A stretch of DNA of 64,000 bases from Mariprofundaceae bacterium. GTDB taxonomy: Bacteria; Pseudomonadota; Zetaproteobacteria; Mariprofundales; Mariprofundaceae. A program made the translations under genes and the position numbers. Below, piece after piece: positions 10,390-20,236 of the stretch. The notes beneath the pieces were generated by a model. That model saw only the letters and a program-made list of their open reading frames with translations. It was not told the DNA's origin and did no database searches. How positions within the stretch are numbered: the first letter of the stretch is position 1; each line of letters begins with the position of its first letter. The stretch spans positions 6,957 through 70,956 of the forward strand of contig JBNLAN010000016.1 of NCBI GenBank assembly GCA_050302175.1, read 5' to 3'.

Positions 10390-11664
10390 TTATTTCCGCC
10401 TGCGACGGATCGCATACCATGCATAGAGAAGTAAACCGATGATGCCTCCGAAGAACACCAGGCCAGGCAATGGACTCTTCCGTTCAGGTTCAAAAACAGG
10501 TGCCGACATGGGTGCTGGAGCCTTGGTAACGGGTTTGGGTTCAGTTTTAACCTGAGTATATTGGTCTTCGACAACTTTTTCGTCCGGAACATCCGAAAGT
10601 ACAATGCCTGTTTCTGCTGTATAGCGGTCTTTCTCGAAATACTCACTCCAGTTCGGCACTAACGGCGGTGGATATTTCGCGAACTTCACAGATGCTGGCT
10701 GATCCGGAGCATCGATCATTCCGGCTTCATGCATACGTAACTGCAGCAGTTCGGATTTATGCAACTTTGAAACATCAAAGTTAGGTACGATTGAGCGGTC
10801 TATTATACTCTGAACACCTGAATAAATTCGCGTTTTGCCAAAACACCCAATTGCACCTCGATCAAGCTCTGAATCAGGACATACCTCCATATTTGCCGGG
10901 AAAGTGTTGTACAGTTCATATGCGTACCGAATTCTCAACAGCGTCTCTTCTTCCGTCTCATTGGCTTCAGGCGTACTAAAAATATAGGAGGCCACATCGT
11001 AGCGAGAGAGTTCGCTACCCCCATCTTCCACAACACCTTTTGTAATCGCCGGGAGGTTGTTGATCTCCTCCTGAACCACAGGATTCTGAATCAGGTCAAT
11101 AATTCGTCTTTGACCAGCACAGTTCTTGAAAATATTCAGTTGGTTTTCGATAGAAACATCGCAGCGTTTCTTCAGTTCGGTTTCTATCTCTTTTTCTAGC
11201 GCAACTAAAGTTTCATAGTCACTTCGGTTGTTTGCATCAGGTTGCAAATTATATGAATTACATGTTCTAAATAAAGGGTATGAGGTGCTTAAAGGCTGCT
11301 GCCTGGCGACTCTTTTCGTATCACATTGCAAAGCCGTTATCCCCGCTTTGCATCCTGCAATTGCTGTCGCAATATCCAGCCGTTCAGGTTCATCCTTTAA
11401 TAAAACAGCAGAATGCGCCACTTTGTAGAGTGCTTCAATATCATCATCGCTACATGAATTCAGAACAGCAGGAAGAAATTGTTCCGACGTACGAACAATA
11501 TGACTTGTCGAAAGAGGTATCCCGTCATCTGTCAGATACATCCACGGTAACGATTTAGCTTCTGTCTTGAGCGCTTCCCAGGAAGTTATCTCCTCGGCAA
11601 TAGAGATATTTGGAGACAGAAGCACTCCGCTTAACATCAAGATCAATATTTGTTTGTATTTCAT
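10390..11664 (-). CDS. hypothetical exported Cys-containing protein with C-terminal TM/basic anchor
   Basis: 424 aa with a signal peptide (LILMLSGVLLSPNISIA). The extreme C-terminus is PGLVFFGGIIGLLLYAWYAIRRRRK. AT-rich. Confidence 0.55.
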   Translation of the reverse strand: MKYKQILILMLSGVLLSPNISIAEEITSWEALKTEAKSLPWMYLTDDGIPLSTSHIVRTSEQFLPAVLNSCSDDDIEALYKVAHSAVLLKDEPERLDIATAIAGCKAGITALQCDTKRVARQQPLSTSYPLFRTCNSYNLQPDANNRSDYETLVALEKEIETELKKRCDVSIENQLNIFKNCAGQRRIIDLIQNPVVQEEINNLPAITKGVVEDGGSELSRYDVASYIFSTPEANETEEETLLRIRYAYELYNTFPANMEVCPDSELDRGAIGCFGKTRIYSGVQSIIDRSIVPNFDVSKLHKSELLQLRMHEAGMIDAPDQPASVKFAKYPPPLVPNWSEYFEKDRYTAETGIVLSDVPDEKVVEDQYTQVKTEPKPVTKAPAPMSAPVFEPERKSPLPGLVFFGGIIGLLLYAWYAIRRRRK

Positions 11665-11717
11665 CGGCTTAATCCCACATCTGCTCCATCAGGGCGAGTG
11701 GCCCGAAAAGTCGCACT

Positions 11718-11745
11718 ACTTTAGGTTGGGTGATTTTCACGTCAA
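11718..11745 (-). promoter_or_regulatory. second copy of the TTGACG-16 nt-TAAAGT promoter-like element, upstream of the 2-gene cassette
   Basis: 36-bp element 11717-11752 matches 9566-9601 at 31 of 36 positions. Both hexamers are perfectly conserved. Confidence 0.4.
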
Positions 11746-11784
11746 TAGAAAGAGGTACGGGAACTCCCGCTCACCCAAAAAGGC

Positions 11785-12774
11785 TCAGCTCAGCATGCCG
11801 AGCAGCAGAGCGAATGCAGCAACAACTGATCGCGACTGAATTTCGCTGCGCGAACCATGGAAAAGAAACTGCTGGGAGCGGGTTGGATGCTTCGCCCCCG
11901 AAACTGCCATCCATACTGTGCCAACCGGTTTTTCCTCACTGCCACCACTCGGGCCTGCAATACCACTGATAGCCAAACAAATGGCCTCGTCATCCGAGCC
12001 TTTGATAGCCATCATTTCAACAACTTCACGACTCACAGCCCCCCGCTTATCGATCAGCCGCGCAGGCACTTTCAAAAGCTTCTGTTTGGCTTCATTGCTA
12101 TAAACCACCCAGGAGCAATCCAGCACTTCGGATGCCCCCGGAATACGCGCCATGCGGGCCGCAACTCCCCCGGCCGTACACGATTCGGCCAGTCGCAATT
12201 TCAGATTGCAGCGGCGAAGCGCCATCAGCACCTGCTCCTCCGGCAGCCATGCATTCTCATTCAAGATGGGGCCGGAAGGCATTCCCCGCCGATCAATGAT
12301 GGCGCACAGGCCTGGCTCAAGGCAGAGCCCATCATCCCCGACATAGATCTGAACCGGGTTCACCGCATTATCGCCGCGGATATGTGAAAGCCAGCTCTCC
12401 CGTTGGTAGGCGATATCGCCGAGTGGCAGCAGCAACACTTTGTGTCCGGATTTGCCCTCGTAGGCCCATGCCATGCGCTCCGGGTCCCCCAGCGGAATCT
12501 CCTTCGCACCGGCAAGGCTGCGGCGATTATCTTCACGCACAACGATGCGGGCATGATGCGAAAGCGCAGCTCGAATAAGCTCCGGCTCATCGGCATAAAA
12601 CACCTGCCAGCCTGCAGGAGCGGGTTTCCAGCCATCCTCCTCGTAGGAGAGGACTTCAACCTTGGCGGCTCCCGCCGTATACAGCCAGGCGGTGATCCAG
12701 CCGGTTGTAATACCTGCGGTGGCAAGGCTTGCGCGCCCCGATTCGCTAATGATGAGTTGTACGGTTTGATTCAT
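11785..12774 (-). CDS. CinA C-terminal domain / nicotinamide-nucleotide amidohydrolase (PncC-like) with an unassigned N-terminal domain
   Basis: The C-terminal ~160 aa match the CinA-C pattern (LRLAESCTAGGVAARMARIPGAS ... AISGIAGPSGGSEEKPVGTVW). ATG 12774 overlaps the pgpA stop (ATGA). Confidence 0.8.
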   Translation of the reverse strand: MNQTVQLIISESGRASLATAGITTGWITAWLYTAGAAKVEVLSYEEDGWKPAPAGWQVFYADEPELIRAALSHHARIVVREDNRRSLAGAKEIPLGDPERMAWAYEGKSGHKVLLLPLGDIAYQRESWLSHIRGDNAVNPVQIYVGDDGLCLEPGLCAIIDRRGMPSGPILNENAWLPEEQVLMALRRCNLKLRLAESCTAGGVAARMARIPGASEVLDCSWVVYSNEAKQKLLKVPARLIDKRGAVSREVVEMMAIKGSDDEAICLAISGIAGPSGGSEEKPVGTVWMAVSGAKHPTRSQQFLFHGSRSEIQSRSVVAAFALLLGMLS

Positions 12775-13259
12775 GCCGGCTCCCATAGCACACGTATGAC
12801 TGCCAAAGCACCACCGCCCAAAAACCCGGCCACCACATCATCCGCCATAATACTCCACCAGGCAGGGCCGGCGCGTTCGGCCCACGACACCGGCCATGGT
12901 TTAAGAATGTCGAAAAGCCGGAAGGCAACAAAGCCGAGCGCAAACCATAACCAATTGAAACTGTCGACGCCGAATACCAACGCCAGCGCTACCCACTGTC
13001 CGGCCCACTCGTCGATCACGATCCAGCCGGGATCCTTGTCGGCAAGTGTGGGCAGGAGCGCAAAGCAAACCGCGCAACCGACGATCGTGACCGCTGCAGC
13101 GGCAATCCACAGTGAAGTGACACTACAGAAATAGAGCATGGCCCAGGCGGGAATCAATGCGGCAATGCTTCCCCAGGTGCCAGGCGCTTTGGGTAGCCAA
13201 CCGCTGCCAAAGCCAGCCGCAATCCAGCGATAAATAGTGTGAGAAAGGGTGTCAGCCAA
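12771..13259 (-). CDS. pgpA: phosphatidylglycerophosphatase A
   Basis: PgpA pattern present (GFGSGWLPKAPGTWGS ... IVIDEWAGQW ... FRLFDILKPWP). Start uncertain: there is no in-frame ATG near the conserved N-terminus. I chose TTG 13259, which overlaps the thiL end by 8 nt. The ORF-track start 13367 would overlap thiL by 116 nt. Confidence 0.8.
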   Translation of the reverse strand: MADTLSHTIYRWIAAGFGSGWLPKAPGTWGSIAALIPAWAMLYFCSVTSLWIAAAAVTIVGCAVCFALLPTLADKDPGWIVIDEWAGQWVALALVFGVDSFNWLWFALGFVAFRLFDILKPWPVSWAERAGPAWWSIMADDVVAGFLGGGALAVIRVLWEPA

Positions 13260-14199
13260 AGTGGTCGTACCCCGGGATGGAGGGCAGCTCAATACTCTCG
13301 CCGTGCAACTGCACAGAGATACCCGGCTCTTCGGTGCAAATGCCGATGCAGATGGCAAAATCTTCAAGGAATTTCATATCTGCCCCTGTGGTGAACAGCA
13401 GCGCGTAGTCTTCTCCGCCTGCCAGTGCACATTCAATGGCCAGACGCTTCCCCAACTTATCAGACAGGCGCTCCCAGCCGGGGAAATCCCCAAGACGAAT
13501 CTGCATGCCGATATTCGATGCCTCGCAGATATGCCCGGCGTCCTGCAAAAAACCATCGCTGACATCGATACAACAATGCACGCCCAGCTCCCGCAAGCGC
13601 TTGCCTGCTTCGAGCTTTGGCGAAACTTTGGCAAAATAAGTGATGAAGGAACTCTCTCGCTTGCCGTTGAGCCATTTGCGCAAGCCAATCTCTGAAAAAC
13701 CCAGTTTGCCCACCAGCCAAACCAGATCACCTGGCTTGGCCTGATCCCGGCGCATGGCGCTGCCCTTCGGCAACTGCCCTGCTACAGTGACAGAGAGCGC
13801 ATCAACAGGCGAATGGGTGGTATCTCCTCCTGCCAGCTCGATACCAAAGCGCGAAAGCGCCGCGTTAACACCATCGCCCATCTCTGTGGCCGAGCCTGAA
13901 GATGATGCCATGGCAGCAATCCAGCACCAGAGAGGATCCGCGCCCATGGCAGCCAGATCGGAGAATGCGGCGCATACGGCACGATCGGCAGCGATTTTGA
14001 GTGGCAGATCGTGCGGCCAGTGCACGCCGGCAATGGAGGTATCGACGCTAACCACCAGCTCCATGCCTTTGTCGAGGCTATGGACGGAAGCATCATCACC
14101 ATTGGCGATCGTAGTTTGTTGTGAAATGGGTGGAGAGTTCTCGACGAAAGCCTGCCGGATCAGCTCAAACTCGGATGGCGCCTTGCGCTCTCCGCTCAT
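13252..14199 (-). CDS. thiL: thiamine-monophosphate kinase
   Basis: 315 aa of the AIR-synthase-like ThiL family (GDDASV..., GGDTT..., operon position after nusB). The start overlaps the nusB stop (ATGA). Confidence 0.9.
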   Translation of the reverse strand: MSGERKAPSEFELIRQAFVENSPPISQQTTIANGDDASVHSLDKGMELVVSVDTSIAGVHWPHDLPLKIAADRAVCAAFSDLAAMGADPLWCWIAAMASSSGSATEMGDGVNAALSRFGIELAGGDTTHSPVDALSVTVAGQLPKGSAMRRDQAKPGDLVWLVGKLGFSEIGLRKWLNGKRESSFITYFAKVSPKLEAGKRLRELGVHCCIDVSDGFLQDAGHICEASNIGMQIRLGDFPGWERLSDKLGKRLAIECALAGGEDYALLFTTGADMKFLEDFAICIGICTEEPGISVQLHGESIELPSIPGYDHFG

Positions 14200-14660
14200 C
14201 CTCGACCACTGGCTCCGATTTCCTGCGCACGCAGGGACCTGGACATCTTATCGAGCACGCCGTTAATAAAGCCCCGCGCCGGCTCATCGGCATAGGCGCG
14301 CGTCAATTCCAAAGCTTCATTAATGATTACGCGGTAAGGAATCTCCAGTCTGTTTTGCAGCTCCCATACGGCCAGACGCAACACATTACGCTCGATATGC
14401 GCAACGGTTTCCATGCTGCGCTTCTGCAGGAACTCAGAAATAACGCTATCGATCGCTTCGTGGGCGCTGGTAACGCCCATGACAGCCTCGCGCAGGTAGT
14501 CGACATCCTGATCCATGCGCTCCTCTTCCTGAATCCGATCCGCCAGGATCGCCGGAATCGCCGCATTATCGCAACCGCCGGAAGTCCAGGCATAAAGCGC
14601 TTCAAGGGCGGATTCGCGCGACTTGTGCCGATTCTTCCCCGATCTCTTTTTATCAGCCAT
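14196..14660 (-). CDS. nusB: transcription antitermination factor NusB
   Basis: 154 aa with the NusB pattern (SRESALEALYAW..., RLAVWEL..., INEALELTRAYADE...GFINGVLDK). Confidence 0.92.
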   Translation of the reverse strand: MADKKRSGKNRHKSRESALEALYAWTSGGCDNAAIPAILADRIQEEERMDQDVDYLREAVMGVTSAHEAIDSVISEFLQKRSMETVAHIERNVLRLAVWELQNRLEIPYRVIINEALELTRAYADEPARGFINGVLDKMSRSLRAQEIGASGRG

Positions 14661-15139
14661 TATCCCCCCAGCTCTGTCAGCAGGCGTGCGACCTCAACCG
14701 CCGTGAGCGCTGCTTCCGCACCCTTGTGACCATGCGTCCCGCCCACTCGCGCCCAAGCCTGCTCCTCAGTATCCACGGTCAGCACACCATTGCCAACACC
14801 AACGTCACCGCGCTGAGCAATTTTACCGATAGCATCCATGGCGCCCTGACATACATAATCGAAATGTGCAGTGTCACCGCGAATCACACAGCCCAGACAG
14901 ACAATCACATCGAAACGACCGGAGTCGGCCATACGCGCGGCAATCGTGCCGATTTCGAAGGCACCGGGCACATACATGGTGCGCACGCGATCCATATCGG
15001 CGCCATGCTCTTTCAGGGCTGTCAGCGCCCCGTCCAGCAAGGCTTCGGTAATGGCATTGTTAAATCGACTGACGATGATGCCAACCGACAGCTTAGAAGC
15101 ATCCACATTGCCCGCCAGATGCGGCGCGTCCATGCTCAT
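14660..15139 (-). CDS. ribH: 6,7-dimethyl-8-ribityllumazine synthase
   Basis: 159 aa with IVSRFNNAITEALLDGA and VPGAFEIG blocks. 1-nt overlap with nusB and an ATGA overlap with ribBA. Confidence 0.95.
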   Translation of the reverse strand: MSMDAPHLAGNVDASKLSVGIIVSRFNNAITEALLDGALTALKEHGADMDRVRTMYVPGAFEIGTIAARMADSGRFDVIVCLGCVIRGDTAHFDYVCQGAMDAIGKIAQRGDVGVGNGVLTVDTEEQAWARVGGTHGHKGAEAALTAVEVARLLTELGG

Positions 15140-16341
15140 GATTCCATATCCAGTAAATGCCCCATTTTGTCCCGCTTGGCTTTCAAATAGGTAATATTAT
15201 CCGCGTGCGGATCAATTTGCAGTTGCACACGCTCAACCACTTCCAGCCCGTAGCCATCCAGCGCAACGATCTTTTTCGGATTATTGGTGAGCAATCGAAG
15301 TTTTCGCAATCCCAGATCGCGCAGGATCTGTGCACCGATGCCGTAGTCGCGCAAGTCGGCCTTGAAACCAAGCTTCTTGTTAGCCTCGACCGTATCGTGC
15401 CCCTCGTCTTGCAAGCCGTAAGCTTTGAGCTTATTAATCAGGCCAATGCCGCGCCCCTCTTGCCGCAGGTAAAGCACCACACCCTCTCCTGCCTCGGCAA
15501 CCTGACGCATGGCAGCATGCAGTTGATGTCCGCAATCGCAACGGCGTGAGGTAAATACATCGCCAGTGAGGCACTCGGAGTGCACGCGCACCAGACAAGG
15601 CTTATCCGGCGATGGAGTGCCCATCACCAGCGCCACGTGTTCGGCCTGATCGACTGCATTGCTGTAACCCACCATGCGGAACTCGCCGAATTCGGTCGGT
15701 AGTCTTACTTCCACTTCGCGCTTCACCAGCGAATCGTTTTTCAACTGATAGCGAATCACATCGGCAATACAGCCAATTTTCAGGTGGTGTTTTTTGGCAA
15801 ACTTTTTCAGTTCGGGCATGCGCGCCATGGTGCCGTCTTCGTTCATGATCTCGCAGATCACACCGGCAGGCTTAAGCCCCGCCATGCGTGCCAGATCAAT
15901 GCTGGCCTCAGTGTGCCCTGCGCGCACCAGAAGCCCGCCATCACGCCCAACTAGTGGGAACACATGCCCTGGCGTATGAATGTCGGCAGGCTTCGCATCC
16001 TCGGCAATAGCAGTGCGAATCGTATGGGCACGATCGAATGCCGAAATACCGGTGGTAACGCCCTCCGCAGCCTCGATCGAGACCGTGAAATTGGTTTTAA
16101 ATTTGGTGTTGGAGTTGGTCACCATCAGGGGAAGGTTCAGTTTATCCGTTTGCTCCTGCGTCAGGGCAAGGCAAATCAGACCGCGCCCGTGCGTTGCCAT
16201 AAAATTAACAGCTTCGGGGGTAACCCACTCTGCCGCCATCACAAGGTCGCCCTCATTCTCTCGATCTTCATCATCAGCAAGGATAATCATGCGCCCGGAA
16301 CGCAACTCCTCGATCAACTCCTCGCAACTGGCCAAACTCAT
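15136..16341 (-). CDS. ribBA: bifunctional 3,4-dihydroxy-2-butanone-4-phosphate synthase / GTP cyclohydrolase II
   Basis: 401 aa. The N-terminal half is DHBP synthase ([17 protein letters not shown]). The C-terminal half is GCH II ([26 protein letters not shown]). Confidence 0.95.
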   Translation of the reverse strand: MSLASCEELIEELRSGRMIILADDEDRENEGDLVMAAEWVTPEAVNFMATHGRGLICLALTQEQTDKLNLPLMVTNSNTKFKTNFTVSIEAAEGVTTGISAFDRAHTIRTAIAEDAKPADIHTPGHVFPLVGRDGGLLVRAGHTEASIDLARMAGLKPAGVICEIMNEDGTMARMPELKKFAKKHHLKIGCIADVIRYQLKNDSLVKREVEVRLPTEFGEFRMVGYSNAVDQAEHVALVMGTPSPDKPCLVRVHSECLTGDVFTSRRCDCGHQLHAAMRQVAEAGEGVVLYLRQEGRGIGLINKLKAYGLQDEGHDTVEANKKLGFKADLRDYGIGAQILRDLGLRKLRLLTNNPKKIVALDGYGLEVVERVQLQIDPHADNITYLKAKRDKMGHLLDMES

Positions 16342-16381
16342 GTTTCCTCCGGAAATAATCCGCGATCTGTAATCGGAATAA

Positions 16382-16984
16382 TTATACTGCGCCCTTGAAT
16401 TCTAGCAGGCGCTCAACGTAACGCCCGATCATATCGGTTTCGATGTTCACAGCATCGCCTGCTGAAAGCACCCCCAGATTGGTATGCTCGAGCGTATGTG
16501 GAATCAGGTTCACCGTAAAGGTTGTTCCTTTCACTTCATTCACGGTCAGGCTTACGCCATTGATGGCAACCGAACCCTTTACCACGATGTATTTCGCAAG
16601 TTTTTCACTCACACTGAAACGAAAACAACGATGTTCGCCAATCTCGCTCACGCTCTCCACTTTGCCAATGCCATCGACATGCCCGGAGACCAGGTGCCCA
16701 CCGAGCGCATCGCCCATTTTCAATGCCGGTTCAAGATTCACTCGCTGTCCCTCTTTTGCAGAGCCGAGATGTGTCAGCGCAAGGGTTTCCCGCGACAATG
16801 TCGCAGAAAAAGCATCTTTTGACGGGAATGCGGTGATGGTCAGGCAACAGCCATCCACGGCCACTGAGTCTCCTAGGTTCCAGCCGGAGGTATCCAGGCT
16901 GGTAGAGAAAACCATATGTGACTGATCGGGTTCACTATCGATGGAACGAATTTGGCCCACATCCAGGATGATGCCTGTAAACAT
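16382..16984 (-). CDS. ribE: riboflavin synthase (alpha chain)
   Basis: 200 aa starting MFTGII, with the duplicated lumazine-binding repeat (GDSVAVDGCCLT / GSVAINGVSLT). Confidence 0.95.
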   Translation of the reverse strand: MFTGIILDVGQIRSIDSEPDQSHMVFSTSLDTSGWNLGDSVAVDGCCLTITAFPSKDAFSATLSRETLALTHLGSAKEGQRVNLEPALKMGDALGGHLVSGHVDGIGKVESVSEIGEHRCFRFSVSEKLAKYIVVKGSVAINGVSLTVNEVKGTTFTVNLIPHTLEHTNLGVLSAGDAVNIETDMIGRYVERLLEFKGAV

Positions 16985-17043
16985 GGGCGCATCGTACCGT
17001 CAAACGTCTTGCAATACACCGAAAAAATGCAAGCCTCGCCACC

Positions 17044-17454
17044 ATGTTCGAACTGCATCCGCAACTGGCAAAAGACTGTATCGTCATCGGCGATCTGCCG
17101 CTGTGCAGGGTACTGCTGATGAATAACAGCGCGCTTCCGTGGTTTATTCTGGTGCCATGCCGGGAAGCGTTGCGGGAGATATTCGAGCTGACCGACGCCG
17201 ATCAGCAACAGTTTTTGCGCGAATCCTCAGCATTTGCAAAAGCCATCGCTGAAGCATTTGCTGCCGACAAACTCAATATCGCTGCCATCGGTAATGTGGT
17301 GCCACAGCTCCATATTCATCATGTGGTGCGCTACAAGGGTGATCCGGCATGGCCGGCGCCGGTGTGGGGAAATCTGCCACCCTCTCCTTATACTGAGGAG
17401 GAACTGAGTTCAATGCAGGAGAAAAGTTCAGCTATTCTGAAGCGCTGCGCTTAG
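17044..17454 (+). CDS. HIT-family hydrolase
   Basis: 136 aa with a histidine triad in VPQLHIHHVVRY. Confidence 0.85.
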   Translation: MFELHPQLAKDCIVIGDLPLCRVLLMNNSALPWFILVPCREALREIFELTDADQQQFLRESSAFAKAIAEAFAADKLNIAAIGNVVPQLHIHHVVRYKGDPAWPAPVWGNLPPSPYTEEELSSMQEKSSAILKRCA

Positions 17455-18941
17455 TTCAGCGTAACGCCCTCAAGGCCAAGCAGGCTCCCGGTCGCCGAAG
17501 GCCGGTATCCACTCACACGAGGGCCTGACACCGCAATCACAGGCTCATACCACAATGGAATATAGACCTGATCGGCCTGCATCTTCTGCTCAATCTTTGC
17601 ATACAGCGCCTTTCGCGCAGCCTGATCGGAAGCCTCACCGGCAGCATCGAGCCAGTGATCCATCTCTGCATCGGCATAACGTCCGCGATTTGCGCCTTTC
17701 GGCGGCCACATGCTGCTATGCAGCGCCAGCCGGTAGATATCCGGATCGACGATACCCACCCAGGAGAGCGAGAAAACCTGAAAATCACCGCGCTTGATAC
17801 GCGCATAAAAACCGCCCCACTCCAGTGATTCGATGCTGACGTTGACGCCGATTTTTTGCCACATATCGGCGATGGCAGTAGCCATGCCCAAGCGAGCCGG
17901 ATCGGTGCTGGTACGGTAGTTCAGGGTAAAGCGGATACCCGCCTCATTGCGCGGGTACCCCGCCTTATCCAGCAATGATTCGGCTTCCGCCGCATCGAAA
18001 GGGGTGGCAGGCAGATCCGTGTATGCCCAATGACCGGGAGTAAGGATGGTCTCGGCAAGGACCGGCAGGTTGGAGAACAGTGCTTTTTTCAGTCGATTCC
18101 TGTCGATAGCAAGCGCCAAGGCCCGCCGCACATCGTTTTGTTTAAGGCGCTCGTCCTGCAGATTGAGTCCAATATAACTAAAAATGGTCGATGGCCTGCT
18201 CTGAATGCTCAATGCTTCCTGCTTTTTCAAATAGGGCAAGAGGTGCGGCGGCAAATCATTTTGAGTGAAATCAATCTCGCCGCGCGCCATTTTCAAACTG
18301 CGTGTTACCGAATCCTTAACGGTAAGGAAAACGAGCTTGTTGGCCTTGCTTGCTTCGGCGGTGATGCGCTGCAACCAGAGCCCTGAAGCATCCCATTTCA
18401 TCAATCTGAACTGCCCGCATCCCACAATATTCCTGGCCTGCTGAGGCAGTGCAGCCAGCTTCTCAGGCAGGATACCCATGCTCAGGCGCGTTAGCAGCGA
18501 GGCATCTGGGTGTTTCAAACGAATCGATACTTCCCGATCCGAGATCGCTGCGACCTTCTCAATTGCCTCAAAGCCGGAGCGGTGTGGGCTTCGCGTATCG
18601 GGATTCAAAATACTTTGCAAAGTGGCAACAACGTCCTGCGCTGTAACAGGGTTACCATCATGAAACCTTGCGCCCTCTTTCAGGGTGAAAAGCCAGAGCA
18701 GTGGCTCGGGGCGTTGCCAGTCGGCAAGGTCAGGCTCAGGCAGAAAGCGTGCGTCCATGCGTACCAGCCCACGGTGTAAAAACTCCTGAATACGTTGCGA
18801 GGCCGCATCCGTGGCAAAGCGCGGGTCAAGCGTCATCACCTCCTGCGACAACCCCACGCGCAGGGTATCCGCAGGCGATCCCGCCTGCTGACAGGCGGTC
18901 AACAGCAACAAGGTGCAGACGATTATCAGATGCGTTTTCAT
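17451..18941 (-). CDS. ABC transporter substrate-binding lipoprotein, family 5 (peptide/nickel type)
   Basis: Lipobox LLLLTAC and a family-5 SBP length and pattern. ATG 18941 overlaps the stop of the upstream methyltransferase (ATGA). Confidence 0.85.
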   Translation of the reverse strand: MKTHLIIVCTLLLLTACQQAGSPADTLRVGLSQEVMTLDPRFATDAASQRIQEFLHRGLVRMDARFLPEPDLADWQRPEPLLWLFTLKEGARFHDGNPVTAQDVVATLQSILNPDTRSPHRSGFEAIEKVAAISDREVSIRLKHPDASLLTRLSMGILPEKLAALPQQARNIVGCGQFRLMKWDASGLWLQRITAEASKANKLVFLTVKDSVTRSLKMARGEIDFTQNDLPPHLLPYLKKQEALSIQSRPSTIFSYIGLNLQDERLKQNDVRRALALAIDRNRLKKALFSNLPVLAETILTPGHWAYTDLPATPFDAAEAESLLDKAGYPRNEAGIRFTLNYRTSTDPARLGMATAIADMWQKIGVNVSIESLEWGGFYARIKRGDFQVFSLSWVGIVDPDIYRLALHSSMWPPKGANRGRYADAEMDHWLDAAGEASDQAARKALYAKIEQKMQADQVYIPLWYEPVIAVSGPRVSGYRPSATGSLLGLEGVTLN

Positions 18942-20236
18942 CGGCTCCACAGACTCATGGCTTCAACGTGACCAGTAAAGGGAAAGAGATCAAGTGCTCG
19001 CAACTGACGCAGAGAATAACCCTGCCGCATCAGCTCTTCCGCATCCCGCGCACCTGAAGCAATGTCACACGAAATCATGATGATGCAAGCAGGAAGCAGG
19101 CGGTTCATCGAAACACAAACCTTTCGCGCACCCTTACGCGGCGGATCGAGAATCAGTACATCAGCGGCAGTAAAGGGTTCCAGATCGAATTTTCCAAACA
19201 GATCCGCTTCGTAGTAGCGGGCATCGAGCTGCATCTCTTTCGCACTGGCATTGGCGCGCGAGACGCTCTGGGCACGCACTTCAGCGCCAATCACCTGCAT
19301 ACCAAGAGCCGCCAGCGGCAACGACAGATTTCCAACCCCCGAGAAGAGGTCGACAACACGATGTGCGCCCCGGCACCACTGTTGAACCTGTCGAACCAAC
19401 TCAATATTTCCCGCCTCCTGGCCTTGCACGAAATCATCTGGCCCGATGCGGAACGTGATCCATGACTCTCCGGCAGGCACCCGATCATGCAGGGTATGCA
19501 CGGGCTTCACCAATGGGCGTAAACTCTTGCGGTCTTGTACCCACCACTGGATCGGCAGCCCTGCGACCTCCATGATATCTGGTGCAACAAGCGATTCGGG
19601 AAGAGCGGTATCTTCACTCGCCTCCAGCACCGCATGCAGTCCATCGTCTAAAACCGTGACTTGCACGGATGCGACCTCTGGAGGAATGGATGCCTGAATC
19701 GACTCCTTCAATGCAAAGGCAGCCGGGTGCACCACCCCGCAGCGATTCTGGCGAACAGGTTGATGGCTGCTACGGGCACGGAAACCAAGAAACCCTCCCT
19801 GAACATCTTCGCCCCGCCACCAGCGAATACGACGCCGGGTTGCGCCACTCAGTTGCTCCACAGGTTGAAATACCGTCGTTTCATTCACACAGGGATGAAA
19901 TGCCTGTCTGACCCACTCCGATTTCAAAGCTATTTGCGAGGGTTCAGAGATGGGCTGCAAGGCACAACCACCACATAACTCTGCAACATCGCAGGGTGGC
20001 TTGATTCGCTTGGGTGAGGCTTTCTCGATGCTCAACAGACGGCCACGCTGGCTGCCACGGCGTTTATCGAGCGGTTGAAAGGTAATGTGATCGCCGGGAA
20101 CCGTATTCGGAATCAGGAAAACACCCTCATCACTATCCACCAGGCCTTCCCCTCCGGGGAGGAGGTCTCTGACAAACCCTTTGATGATGTTATTTTGAGA
20201 GGTGGCTAAACTCACCCTGTCATTGAATGAGTTCAA
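18938..20236 (-). CDS. RNA (uracil-5-)-methyltransferase, RlmD/TrmA family
   Basis: Fe-S Cys cluster CDVAELCGGCALQ, SAM-binding VVDLFSGVGNLSLPLA and ILDPPRKGA motifs, and a C-terminal catalytic Cys region. Start uncertain (TTG 20236 or GTG 20215). Confidence 0.8.
   Translation of the reverse strand: MNSFNDRVSLATSQNNIIKGFVRDLLPGGEGLVDSDEGVFLIPNTVPGDHITFQPLDKRRGSQRGRLLSIEKASPKRIKPPCDVAELCGGCALQPISEPSQIALKSEWVRQAFHPCVNETTVFQPVEQLSGATRRRIRWWRGEDVQGGFLGFRARSSHQPVRQNRCGVVHPAAFALKESIQASIPPEVASVQVTVLDDGLHAVLEASEDTALPESLVAPDIMEVAGLPIQWWVQDRKSLRPLVKPVHTLHDRVPAGESWITFRIGPDDFVQGQEAGNIELVRQVQQWCRGAHRVVDLFSGVGNLSLPLAALGMQVIGAEVRAQSVSRANASAKEMQLDARYYEADLFGKFDLEPFTAADVLILDPPRKGARKVCVSMNRLLPACIIMISCDIASGARDAEELMRQGYSLRQLRALDLFPFTGHVEAMSLWSR

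Noticed and set aside
16985-17043. Looked for an FMN riboswitch upstream of ribE, and for a TPP element near thiL.
   Set aside because: Only 59 nt separate ribE from the divergent HIT gene, which is too short for an FMN aptamer. No conserved FMN or TPP core motifs were seen. The rib operon may continue from genes upstream.
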